From a virus: 64,000 nt of DNA. Position numbers and translations under genes: made by a program. The notes under the pieces were generated by a model. It was given only the letters and a program-made list of their open reading frames with translations, was not told the DNA's origin and searched no databases. Where the stretch lies: positions 5,265 through 69,264 of IMG/VR virus record IMGVR_UViG_3300026521_000343; one strand, written 5' to 3'. Below, one piece after another: positions 30,606 to 40,073 of this stretch. Every line of letters begins with the position of its first letter. Positions within the stretch are counted from its first letter, which is position 1.

Positions 30606-30763
30606 TGGTATAATTACAGCATACAAAATTCAATAAATGCAAGTTCATAACTTAGCGGTCTCGCTTGCATTTATTGAGTCTTGAAGTGAAGAGACCGCTA
30701 TCCTTCACATATAAAACAATCAAACTCTAAAATTAAAATCTAGCGGTAACTAAAGGTTACATA
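30606..30763 (+). ncRNA. Structured leader RNA (two hairpins with complementary loops) ahead of B's replication genes
   Basis: TGGTATAAT 30606-30614; 14-bp stem 30630-43/30664-77; stem 30686-91/30703-08; tagcggtctc and gagaccgcta are complementary. Confidence 0.6.
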
Positions 30764-31132
30764 ATGGAAAATAAAATATACAAGGCTTCTGCTACATACG
30801 ACATAGAAAAATCTATAATAGTATCAGTAATAGAAAATAGCTTTATTGGTAACGATAATAGAATAGTTGATGTTTCTCTTAATAGCTCTTATTTTAACGA
30901 TAGTTTTCATAAGTTGATAGTCAATGCCATAAATAGATTAAAAGAGCTTGGAGAGCCTATAGACTCAGATTTTATACGACTTAAGTTTATAGAGGTTAAA
31001 AAATGGAATACTGATTATGATAATAAATTGATTGAAATTATGTATCATAATCCAATAGGTACACTTGATCTGTTTAATAGCTATTATTCAAAACTTAAGA
31101 AACTAAATAACAGCAAGGTGGCAATGATATGA
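30764..31132 (+). CDS. Stand-alone DnaB-helicase N-terminal-like domain
   Basis: IEKSII..YFNDSFHKLIVNAINRLKELGEPID; resembles the N-domain of 1663-2922. Confidence 0.7.
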   Translation: MENKIYKASATYDIEKSIIVSVIENSFIGNDNRIVDVSLNSSYFNDSFHKLIVNAINRLKELGEPIDSDFIRLKFIEVKKWNTDYDNKLIEIMYHNPIGTLDLFNSYYSKLKKLNNSKVAMI

Positions 31133-31788
31133 AAAAAGCATTTAATTTTTATGCTTCTTATGATGAAGTATTTCAGGAACTTGATTTAAATCAAAAAGGA
31201 ATAATGATAAATGCTATCTTAGACGTTCAGTTTTTAAGAAAACATATAGATGATATATCATTCAAAGATAAGATACTTTCTATAGTATGGAAAGGTATGA
31301 AGCACAGTATTTTAAAACAGATAGATGGATATTGTAGAGCAAATAAAACACCCTATAATAGGGAGCTTTTTGCCCCTAAGGCAGACTTTCAACCTAGCCC
31401 TAAGGCAGACTTTCAACCTAGCCCCAAGCAAGTACAAGTACAAGTACAAGAGGAAGAACAAGAGCCTATTGTCCAAACTAAAAGTTTAGACGCTAGTTTT
31501 AAAATTGCAGAGTATTTATTAAATAACATCTTAAAGTTAAATACATCTTTTAAGAGACCTAACCTAAATACATGGGCTAAAGATATTGACAAAGCTATAA
31601 GAATTGACAATAGAACAGAAGAACAACTAAAATATTGTATTGACTGGATATATTCACATGAAGGAAGCTTTTGGCAAAAAAATATCTTAAGTGGGAAAAA
31701 ACTAAGAGAAAAGTTTGATACAATAAATATGCAAATGATTACAAAAGATAATAGTCAAACATCAGGGAACATAATATGCAACTGGTAG
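31129..31788 (+). CDS. Replication initiator
   Basis: KKAFNFYASY N-domain; WAKDI..IDNR..FWQKNILSGKKLREKFD C-domain (lambda O-like); internal repeats. Confidence 0.75.
   Translation: MKKAFNFYASYDEVFQELDLNQKGIMINAILDVQFLRKHIDDISFKDKILSIVWKGMKHSILKQIDGYCRANKTPYNRELFAPKADFQPSPKADFQPSPKQVQVQVQEEEQEPIVQTKSLDASFKIAEYLLNNILKLNTSFKRPNLNTWAKDIDKAIRIDNRTEEQLKYCIDWIYSHEGSFWQKNILSGKKLREKFDTINMQMITKDNSQTSGNIICNW
31374..31450 (+). repeat. Tandem 24-bp repeat x2 plus caagta x3 (putative phage B origin)
   Basis: ccctaaggcagactttcaacctag at 31374-31397 and 31398-31421. Confidence 0.75.
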
Positions 31789-32756
31789 ATAAATTTGAAG
31801 AGTTAGCAAAAGAAATAAGAGAAATTACTCTTGCAGTAGATAGTGCAACTAAACAAGAAAATTGGGATCAAGTAACAGTATTAAAAAGAGAACTATACAC
31901 AAAGAAAATAGAACAAATAGATGAACTTGAGAGTGAAAATGCTTTAGCCTCAACACTTACAGCAAAGCAATTAAGAGGCGATGTTGAGGCAAGACCACAT
32001 ATCCCTAGATATGAAACAGGGATAGGAGCACTTGACGAAAAGTTAAAAGGTGGAATTGAATCTGGTACATTTATTCAGCTAGCTGGCGAAAGTTTTGCAG
32101 GAAAAACACACTTAACATTAGAGATATTATCAAACATTTCTAATGCGAATAAAGTTTTGTTTTTTAACTTTGAAATGGGTGATACTAGAATTTCAAATAG
32201 ACTATACAAGTTGCTAACAACAGAAAAGCAATGGAATAATTTTCTAATAAATTCAAAAGCACGAAAGATAAATGATATTATAAAGGAGATAAAAAGTCGA
32301 GCAAGAGATGGCATCAGATTTTTTGCAATTGACTCTAAAATGAAAATTGAAGTACCTAGTGAAAATGATGCTTATAAAGCTATAAATGAAATATCAAAAC
32401 AGTTGTCTAAAGTTGCACAACAAGAAGAGATAATTATTTTCTTGATTAATCAAATGAATGAAGAAGATCAAAAAAATAATAGACTGGCATTTAAAGGAAG
32501 TGGAGATCAGATGTACGACACAGATATAGCCTTGTTTTATATGGTAAAAAAAGAAAAGAATGTAAACCCTGAACAATGGAAGCGAACTTTAGTTTGTAGA
32601 AAAAACAGGCAAGATGAAATATTATTTAGTGTCGATTTACATTTAGACCATACAGGCAAAACAGTAGGAGATGGTGTTGCATATTCGTATGAAAATATAA
32701 AGCAGCCAGAAGTTACAGAGTACAATCAAAACAATATCTCAATGAGTGTACTTTAG
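31776..32756 (+). CDS. DnaB-like C-terminal RecA-fold helicase
   Basis: TGIGALD..GG, AGESFAGKT, FFNFEM, LINQ, KGSGD..YDTD, RKNR. Confidence 0.8.
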   Translation: MQLVDKFEELAKEIREITLAVDSATKQENWDQVTVLKRELYTKKIEQIDELESENALASTLTAKQLRGDVEARPHIPRYETGIGALDEKLKGGIESGTFIQLAGESFAGKTHLTLEILSNISNANKVLFFNFEMGDTRISNRLYKLLTTEKQWNNFLINSKARKINDIIKEIKSRARDGIRFFAIDSKMKIEVPSENDAYKAINEISKQLSKVAQQEEIIIFLINQMNEEDQKNNRLAFKGSGDQMYDTDIALFYMVKKEKNVNPEQWKRTLVCRKNRQDEILFSVDLHLDHTGKTVGDGVAYSYENIKQPEVTEYNQNNISMSVL

Positions 32757-32884
32757 TATAAAAACAAGAAATATTTAACTTTATCTTTGATACAATACTT
32801 ATGTAGAAAGTTTATGCGAGGAGTCTATCTACACGCTCCCCAGCACTAGACTCTTCACATAAATTTAGTCTGGGGATGCTACAC

Positions 32885-33532
32885 ATGAAAAACATATTAT
32901 TCAACACAGAAATGACAAAAGCTATATTAGACGGTAAAAAAACTCAAACAAGAAGAGTTGCAAAAGTCTATGATGTAGATCCATATTATGTAAAAGACAA
33001 TATAGATGAAGTTATAAAAAAGCACTCCAAGTATCAAAAAGGTGATATTCTTTGGGTAAGAGAACCTGCAAAGGTTATCGACTATATAGAATCAAATATT
33101 ACAATGAAAGTTGAGTATGTTGATGGAGAAACTAAAATAATTGATATACCAGAAAGATTTTTAGATGAGAATGGATATATAAAAGCTTCTTGGATTAAAA
33201 ATATGAAAGGCATTCCAAACGGATGTATAAAGGAGATGGCTCGTATCTTTTTAAAGATTACAGATGTTCGTGTCGAGAGATTGCAAGATATTACTTATCA
33301 AGATATTTTATACGAGGGAAAAAATGATCCATATGCGGATGTTTATGGCACAGGATGGTTGGAAAATAAAGCAACTTTAATATCCCCACAAGATAGTGAG
33401 TTTAAGCAAATAAGTGATTGGATTATAATGTGGTGGATAAATCTGTGGAACAAAACATCACCAAGAAGTTATAAATGGGATGATAATCCTTATGTATTTG
33501 TTTATGAATTTGAAAGAGTAAATAATGACTAA
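32885..33532 (+). CDS. ASCH/PUA-like phage protein
   Basis: ILFNTEM..AILDGKKTQTRR, LWVRE, VRVERLQDIT, WDDNPYVFVYEF. Confidence 0.75.
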   Translation: MKNILFNTEMTKAILDGKKTQTRRVAKVYDVDPYYVKDNIDEVIKKHSKYQKGDILWVREPAKVIDYIESNITMKVEYVDGETKIIDIPERFLDENGYIKASWIKNMKGIPNGCIKEMARIFLKITDVRVERLQDITYQDILYEGKNDPYADVYGTGWLENKATLISPQDSEFKQISDWIIMWWINLWNKTSPRSYKWDDNPYVFVYEFERVNND

Positions 33533-34019
33533 CTTACAAAAAGCAATATCAGCAGCGACATTAATGAATACTCTATTTTTTGAGTATAAAGCAGGACAAC
33601 TCAACACAACCGGCGAGAAAGTTCGCAAAAAGGTAGCTAAATTTATGAGACAGCGTGCAAAGTCAAACAAGAGTGACTATATCTTTTCAGTGCAAAAAAC
33701 AGACGAGGCTTGGAGAGCAACTATAGACCACTTTGCAAAATACAAAATGAAAATTGAAGCAAAAACTACAATTTCAGCAATCTACAACTACTTTGCTCCA
33801 GAAATGCAAAAGTTTCTAAAACTAAGTGAAAAGCAAATGGAAAAGTTTGCGATTGACTCGACAAGTGATGCAGAAGCAGAAGCTAACAGTAGCACAGTTG
33901 TTGATTATCTCGTGCAACAGATGGGGATAGAAAAGAAAAAAAGTGCCTTTGCAGGTAAAAAATTGACAATAAAAAACAATATTATCTTAGATGGTAAAAT
34001 TGTTAAGGATGGTTTTTAG
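33525..34019 (+). CDS. Hypothetical protein
   Basis: Coupled ORF. Confidence 0.55.
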   Translation: MTNLQKAISAATLMNTLFFEYKAGQLNTTGEKVRKKVAKFMRQRAKSNKSDYIFSVQKTDEAWRATIDHFAKYKMKIEAKTTISAIYNYFAPEMQKFLKLSEKQMEKFAIDSTSDAEAEANSSTVVDYLVQQMGIEKKKSAFAGKKLTIKNNIILDGKIVKDGF

Positions 34020-34020
34020 A

Positions 34021-34245
34021 ATGAAAGAAACATTAATCAAAGGAAAAATAACAGATCACTTCAGTTCAGGTCGTACACACTACGCAGATCAAATAGACTT
34101 TAAAATTTCAGCGGTACACGAAAATGGAAAACTATCACACTTTATTGTGGTTGATAGGAACAACGAACTTGCAATTAATAAGAAGTTTAAAACTGCGTCA
34201 GATGCGATTGAGGCAGGTCACGAAAAGTTTATGGGGTTAGTATGA
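34021..34245 (+). CDS. Hypothetical protein
   Basis: ORF in operon. Confidence 0.45.
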   Translation: MKETLIKGKITDHFSSGRTHYADQIDFKISAVHENGKLSHFIVVDRNNELAINKKFKTASDAIEAGHEKFMGLV

Positions 34246-34402
34246 AAGCTACTATATTATTCGCAATAATAATTGCTATTATTTCAATATCAACAATGTT
34301 TAATTTGAATAATTTTAGCAAAGAGTATAATAATTTTACTCTTTTGATTATGATTGTAGCATTTGGTTTTGCTAAAATATTAGAAGATAGAAAGAGTTAG
34401 TT

Positions 34403-34951
34403 TTGAGACTAAAAACCTGCAAAAACAAAGAATGTAAAATAAAATTTGAGCCAGAACGACCAATGCAGACGACTTGTTGTATTGAATGTGCGTTTGCGTA
34501 TGTTAAACAGCAGAAAGAGAAGCGTGAAGAAGATAAAAAGAAAGAAGCAAGAAAAGCATTGCGTGAGTATAAAAAGAACGATAAACCTATTCTTCTTCAG
34601 TTAGCTCAAAAGCTAGTAAATCAGTATGCAAGAAAAAGGGACGAGAAAGAAAGGGGAAAAGTATGCTGCACATGCGGACAAACAACGGGGCAGATGGATG
34701 GCGGACATTTTTTGCCAACTTCCACATATGGATCAATACGGTTTAATACTAATCAAATATTCCAGCAATGCAAAAAGTGTAATCGCTTTAACGGAGGCAT
34801 GCCAAAAGAGTATAGAATTTTTATGATAGACAGATATGGTGTTGAGTATGTAGAAAAGCTAGAATCAACAAAAGGAGAACTACGAAGATATACAGTTGAA
34901 TACTACACTAAACTTATTAGAGTTGTTAGAAAAAAAATTAAAAACATATAA
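34403..34951 (+). CDS. ninG: NinG/Rap recombination endonuclease
   Basis: CCTCG..DGGHF..RFN..QCKKCN..YG.E.VE.LE. Confidence 0.85.
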   Translation: MRLKTCKNKECKIKFEPERPMQTTCCIECAFAYVKQQKEKREEDKKKEARKALREYKKNDKPILLQLAQKLVNQYARKRDEKERGKVCCTCGQTTGQMDGGHFLPTSTYGSIRFNTNQIFQQCKKCNRFNGGMPKEYRIFMIDRYGVEYVEKLESTKGELRRYTVEYYTKLIRVVRKKIKNI

Positions 34952-35012
34952 TTTATAAGTAATTAAGTTTACCTTTGATATACTTTTAACATATAAAAAG
35001 CAAAGGAATAGA

Positions 35013-35132
35013 ATGATAAAACTAACCAAGGAAGTAAAGGCAAAGCTTAAGATGGTTTCAGAAAAGCTAGACATGCCTATGAGTCAAGTAGTTAATATGT
35101 TGCTTAATGAATGGATAAAGAATAACAAATGA
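35013..35132 (+). CDS. Small RHH-like protein
   Basis: MIKLTKEVKAKLKMVSEKLDMPMSQVVNMLL; AAGGA SD; TGATATACT -10 upstream. Confidence 0.55.
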   Translation: MIKLTKEVKAKLKMVSEKLDMPMSQVVNMLLNEWIKNNK

Positions 35133-35713
35133 TTCTTCTTTCAGACTATTGTGAAAAATACAACTACAGTAAAGCATCTGTAAGCGTTCAAATTAACAAC
35201 GGCAATATGAATCCACGATACATTAAACGCATCACTAAAAAAGGTGCAAAACGTGCTTCATTCGTAATGATAAATGAGTCTGAAATAGCAAAAGATTTTG
35301 ATGATTACAAAAAGTTAAAAGAGTTGATATTTAACTTATATTTGATTTTTGAAGACTACACAAAGAAAATCAACGGTCACACAGCCGAAAGCATAGGTGA
35401 TGGCGATTCAGAGATGACACAGTGTATCTTAAGCAAAAACTCAAAAGACAGCAACTCGTTGATGCAGTATATGCGTAGAATGTTCGACATTGAGGAGCAA
35501 GTTTCATATAATGTTCGAGTCACTGAAAATATGAGCATTATACTAAGCAAACTATTAACGTGGTTTGATAAAGTTGCGTATTTATACGAAAGAAATATCG
35601 AGAGACACAAAAGAATGAGCAGAGCAGATCTTATCAATAAAATTCTTGACAACAGAATTGATAGACAATGCAACCCATCTTTTGAACGAAATAAATTAGA
35701 ACATAGGAGTTAG
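35129..35713 (+). CDS. Hypothetical protein, possible N-terminal HTH
   Basis: LSDYCEKYNYSKASVSVQINNG. Confidence 0.5.
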   Translation: MILLSDYCEKYNYSKASVSVQINNGNMNPRYIKRITKKGAKRASFVMINESEIAKDFDDYKKLKELIFNLYLIFEDYTKKINGHTAESIGDGDSEMTQCILSKNSKDSNSLMQYMRRMFDIEEQVSYNVRVTENMSIILSKLLTWFDKVAYLYERNIERHKRMSRADLINKILDNRIDRQCNPSFERNKLEHRS

Positions 35714-35715
35714 AA

Positions 35716-36144
35716 ATGGATAAGGAAAAACTACAACAAGATATTAATGAGATTAAAGAAAAACTTTCAGAAATGGAAGCAGAATTACAAATAAAAAACA
35801 AGTTTGAGTTTGTTTACGAAGATGGAAAAACATATTTTATAGGATCATACAGCACGGAAGTAGATTATATTGTTAGTAAAGAATGTGTTGAATATGGAAG
35901 ATACAGAAAAACAAAACAATCAGCGGAAAAAGCATTGTTATTGCAAAAAGAAGTAATGAGATTACATTCATTAGTTGAACAACTTGATGGTGAAAATGGT
36001 AATTTTTTTATTTTTGAGCAATTTGGAGCATGGAAAACTGGAAAAATTTTATATAATGATTTTTATCCTGGGATGGTTCTTATGTCAGAAAAATGTGCAA
36101 ATGAAATCTGTAGAATGTTAAATGTTGGTGAGGTAGAGCTATGA
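35716..36144 (+). CDS. Hypothetical protein
   Basis: AGGAG SD; ORF. Confidence 0.55.
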   Translation: MDKEKLQQDINEIKEKLSEMEAELQIKNKFEFVYEDGKTYFIGSYSTEVDYIVSKECVEYGRYRKTKQSAEKALLLQKEVMRLHSLVEQLDGENGNFFIFEQFGAWKTGKILYNDFYPGMVLMSEKCANEICRMLNVGEVEL

Positions 36145-36419
36145 AAATAGATGAAAGAGAAGAGTTTGAAAAAGATATTAAAGAAGAGTGTTTTACTTTT
36201 CCGAACATTAAAAATAGTGAAAGTAAATATGATAGAAAATACAAAGGTGTAACGTTAGATGTGTATGATGTATTACTTGCATTTGATGTAAAGAATCCTG
36301 CGCTCCAACACCTTGTAAAAAAAGCTTTATGCGTGGGCATAAGAGGCCATAAAACTAAAGAGCAAGATTTGAAAGATATTCTAGATAGCGCAAAACGTGC
36401 TATTGAATTGGAAAAATAA
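36141..36419 (+). CDS. Conserved phage hypothetical protein
   Basis: DVYDVL.AF.V.NPALQH..KK.L..G.RGHK motif. Confidence 0.65.
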   Translation: MKIDEREEFEKDIKEECFTFPNIKNSESKYDRKYKGVTLDVYDVLLAFDVKNPALQHLVKKALCVGIRGHKTKEQDLKDILDSAKRAIELEK

Positions 36420-36890
36420 AATGTTTTGTAAATCAGACCTACATGAAGTAACAAGTGATACAATGGCAGCAAGTATAGTCGCATCGGTAAAACGTAAAAT
36501 ATCTTCAACACACAAGATGGGAACGTGCAAACGCACTAAAGACGGAAAGACGATTGATGCAATAACGTGTTTAACGTTCTATTCATTCAATGATGCTATT
36601 AAATCACTAGAGGAGCGACATCACATTCAGAAATACAACGTTTCAAGAGATAAAAAGATTAAAGTTCTGAAAAAGCTTTATAAAAAGTTAAAAGGTGTAG
36701 AATATGAGTAAGATTTTAGAAATGTTTAAAAGCGGTAAAAGTGCTTATGATATTCATCTGGAAACTGGTGAATCTATTAAGAAGATATACCACATTATAA
36801 AGAACGATGAGGTATCAAAAAATGCTCACAGAAAAGCTTTGAATGAAGCAAGAAGAGATTATGAAAATTATGCTAGTGGGAGATATTAAG

Positions 36891-37430
36891 ATGTTTAAAA
36901 AAATAAGAGAAGATGCAATACTGCCAACACGAGGCAGTAAATATTCTGCGTGTGTTGATGTGTATGCGAGTGAGGATGTTACGATAGAAGCTGGAGCTAC
37001 AAAACTTGTAGGTCTTGGAGTTTGCATTGATGACAAAGAAATAAAAAGGATAGTATCACATCATTTCTATTATTTAGACAAAAACACAGATAAAGATTTT
37101 GAAGATGTAAAAAAAGAGTTTCTAAAATCTAACTACCTCCAACTAATGCTAAGAAGTTCACTAGGTAAAAAAGGGTTAATACTTCCAAATGGTGTTGGTG
37201 TGATTGACTTAGATTACAAAGACGAATTGAAAATGATTATTCATAATCCATTAGTTACAGCTTATTTTGGAGAGGGTGATCGGTTAGAGATAGGCTTGTA
37301 TGACAAGTATGAAATAAAAAAAGGCGACAAAATAGGTCAAATAACGCTACTAGAACATAAGTCATATCTCTTTGGAATTGATAGCGAAGATGAGCGTGAT
37401 GGTGGTTTTGGTAGCACGGGAGAACGATAA
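36891..37430 (+). CDS. dut: dUTPase (trimeric type)
   Basis: LPTRGS..SACVD, RSSL, GVIDLDY, IGQ, RDGGFGSTG. Confidence 0.9.
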   Translation: MFKKIREDAILPTRGSKYSACVDVYASEDVTIEAGATKLVGLGVCIDDKEIKRIVSHHFYYLDKNTDKDFEDVKKEFLKSNYLQLMLRSSLGKKGLILPNGVGVIDLDYKDELKMIIHNPLVTAYFGEGDRLEIGLYDKYEIKKGDKIGQITLLEHKSYLFGIDSEDERDGGFGSTGER

Positions 37431-38269
37431 TGAAAACTAAAACAGTAGCAGGGATTGAATATGAATTACCAACAGCAACACTTCTGCACGCAACACCTCT
37501 TGTAAATGCAGAATTGGCAGGTAGAACGTGTTACAATAGCTTTGATAAGTCTGAACACGAATCAGTGCGTGAGTTTAATGGAAATCATATAGATGATGTT
37601 GAACACTCAGACTTGATGGACTCATTATGCCACGTGTACCATCATACAAGCGTGATTGAGCATATCAACTTGACATTCAATATCACAACATCACGTGGTG
37701 TGCTACATGAGCAGGCACGTCACAGAGTGCAATCATTGAGTGTTCAATCTACACGTTACACGATGTCACCTGTTATTAACGCTTTTGTAGCTTCTATCTC
37801 AAACGGAAAAGCGATAGATACACTGTTCTACAAATCAGTATCAAAAGTAAATTTCCTTGTAACAAACGATGAAGATTATAATCATATTGAGTACGAAAGT
37901 GTGTTTAAAAAGTTGAACTTGCAATTAAAAAGATTAGGTCTTGTTGAGTTTTTAAATATCTCATTGGGGAAAGATCAAATAGAGTGGTTCGACGAAACAG
38001 AGGACAGTACAACTTTAAGACTTATTTCTAATAGATTTTCAATGCTTAATAGGCTAAAGCAAAAAAAGAACGTTGGTGACAATTTTAAACACATAGTGAC
38101 TGATAATTGGAAAGTAAATATGGTCGTTACTTTTAATCTTAGAAGCTTGAAAAACTACTACACATTGCGTGACAGCGGTGCTTCTTTTTGGCAGATACGT
38201 GAATTGGCTAAAGCGATGAAAGAAGCAACACCTAAAAAGTATCTTGATCTGATAGTAAAGGAGAAGTGA
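37430..38269 (+). CDS. thyX: FAD-dependent thymidylate synthase
   Basis: HTSVIEH, RHRVQSLSVQSTRY motif, NLRSL..LR..WQIRELA. Confidence 0.9.
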   Translation: MKTKTVAGIEYELPTATLLHATPLVNAELAGRTCYNSFDKSEHESVREFNGNHIDDVEHSDLMDSLCHVYHHTSVIEHINLTFNITTSRGVLHEQARHRVQSLSVQSTRYTMSPVINAFVASISNGKAIDTLFYKSVSKVNFLVTNDEDYNHIEYESVFKKLNLQLKRLGLVEFLNISLGKDQIEWFDETEDSTTLRLISNRFSMLNRLKQKKNVGDNFKHIVTDNWKVNMVVTFNLRSLKNYYTLRDSGASFWQIRELAKAMKEATPKKYLDLIVKEK

Positions 38270-38688
38270 TTATGGCATTACTAAGTAAAGAACTGTTGGG
38301 TGAGGTGCTAGGCAGAGAAGTAAAATCAGGTAGGATAGATATTTATGACAACACATTGACATTTGCATATGAAAACGAAGATATGTGGAGCGATATAAAC
38401 ATATATGAATTGGCTAATTTGTGTAAAGAGTGGGCTTTTACAAAAAACCTTGATATAACAACATCGCGAACTAACTTAGGATATATAGCAACATTAAATG
38501 ACAAGTATGGCGAACCGTTGTCGTATATATTTGATGATTTGACATCATGCTACGCTCAACCTGATATATATATAAATTACCCAACATTACATAACGAATA
38601 TGATATAGGAAAGTTTTATGCCAAAACTGAACCAGAATCAGTGTTTAAAGTTTGTAAATGGGTGCATGACCAAATTAAGGAGAAGTGA
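38266..38688 (+). CDS. Hypothetical protein (paralog of 29629-29967)
   Basis: Shared INIYELA and TEP motifs. Confidence 0.65.
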   Translation: MIMALLSKELLGEVLGREVKSGRIDIYDNTLTFAYENEDMWSDINIYELANLCKEWAFTKNLDITTSRTNLGYIATLNDKYGEPLSYIFDDLTSCYAQPDIYINYPTLHNEYDIGKFYAKTEPESVFKVCKWVHDQIKEK

Positions 38689-38984
38689 TTATGAAAGTAG
38701 GTGACAAAGTATATTATCGTGAGCCTCATTATGGGGGAGGAAGCATAGTAGAAGTTAAAATAGAAGTTATAATGTCTGATGTCAAAAAAGATAGAAGCAA
38801 GGAAAAAGCACTCATTGTTTCAGCAAGTGATTCTGTGTATGAAAAGTTTATTTTTAAAATTAACGAACGTGACTTAGTTTCTGAGGAAGAGAATGAGCAG
38901 TTTGAAAGATTGAATGAGCTTATGAAGCAAAAAGATTATATTGAAAATGAGATTGGAAATTTGAAAAAGGAACTTGCCATATGA
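38685..38984 (+). CDS. Hypothetical protein
   Basis: MKVGDKVYY SH3-like start. Confidence 0.5.
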   Translation: MIMKVGDKVYYREPHYGGGSIVEVKIEVIMSDVKKDRSKEKALIVSASDSVYEKFIFKINERDLVSEEENEQFERLNELMKQKDYIENEIGNLKKELAI

Positions 38985-39071
38985 AAAAAGAAATGATAAA
39001 ATTAATTGAAAGTAAAAAGTGTAAATGCTTGACAATACAAGAGATGGATAAAATTTTAAAGGTGTTAAAAA

Positions 39072-39596
39072 ATGGCGATATCGACACGTAAAAAGAATAT
39101 TGTTATCGCTGATTGGAAAACGGGAGCATATAGTTTAAACTCCCTATCAAAAAAGCATAAAATATCTGTCAATTCTGTAAAGAAAATTTGCACAAATGTT
39201 GAGCAAGAAAATTCGGAGATTGTTGAGCTTTGCACGGTTGCTGAGTCGAAAAAATGCACAAAAAATGCACAGGAAATTAAAGCTATTAATGAAGTAGTTA
39301 AAAACAGATTAAAAGTGTATGATATTTCAAATACAATACTTAAAGGAGTAGAGAAGCTTGCAAAAGGTGGTAAGGCTCAAAAGGTTGTTACAGAAAGTAT
39401 GGGTGAGGGGGTGAGTAAGGCCACAATAGTAGAGCACGACTTGCAAGCAAAAGACTATAAAGACTTGCAGGATGCAGTCGATAAAGCAAGTGTTACGCTG
39501 GGAGTAAATCAACGATTTTCACAAAGTCAAGTGAATATTCAAAATAATAATCAAATTAACCAACTCAACACTATCGACGACTTTTATGATAATTAG
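39072..39596 (+). CDS. Putative terminase small subunit (phage B)
   Basis: N-terminal HTH (YSLNSLSKKHKIS); upstream of terL. Confidence 0.6.
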   Translation: MAISTRKKNIVIADWKTGAYSLNSLSKKHKISVNSVKKICTNVEQENSEIVELCTVAESKKCTKNAQEIKAINEVVKNRLKVYDISNTILKGVEKLAKGGKAQKVVTESMGEGVSKATIVEHDLQAKDYKDLQDAVDKASVTLGVNQRFSQSQVNIQNNNQINQLNTIDDFYDN

Positions 39597-39611
39597 GGAA
39601 AAGGATAAGTT

Positions 39612-40073
39612 ATGAAATATAAGTGCATAGAGTGTGGAAAAACAGTAGATGCAAAAGACATCAATGAAATTATGAAAAAGAAAAAAATGTGTGAAAACTG
39701 CTTAGAAGAGAGCAAAAAAATATATAAGTGTAAATGCTACATTTGTGGCAGTAATTTTAATGCAAAAAGAGAAAATAGGAAAACTTGCTCGGATGAGTGT
39801 TATCATATTCATTTAAGCAATATTCAAAAAAAACACTACGAAGAGAAAGTAAAAGGTGTAAAGTTTAAAAAACAATGTAGTTACTGCGGATGCGAATTTG
39901 AGGGTTCGCTTAGTACTAGATATTGTAGTGAAAAATGCAGAGAAAATAATCTATTTAAAAAACACTTAAAAGAAGCAAATGAAGCGATAAGAATAGATAA
40001 AGTTAAAGTGTATGGAGCAAATGACGGAAAAATGAAATCATTTATCAATGAAAGGTCGAGAAAAAATATATGA
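39612..40073 (+). CDS. Multi zinc-finger protein
   Basis: CIEC, CENC, CYIC..TCSDEC, CSYC..YCSEKC. Confidence 0.65.
   Translation: MKYKCIECGKTVDAKDINEIMKKKKMCENCLEESKKIYKCKCYICGSNFNAKRENRKTCSDECYHIHLSNIQKKHYEEKVKGVKFKKQCSYCGCEFEGSLSTRYCSEKCRENNLFKKHLKEANEAIRIDKVKVYGANDGKMKSFINERSRKNI

Noticed and set aside
31374-31450. Mini CRISPR array
   Set aside because: Repeats are tandem with no spacers and lie in frame inside a replication gene; iterons fit better
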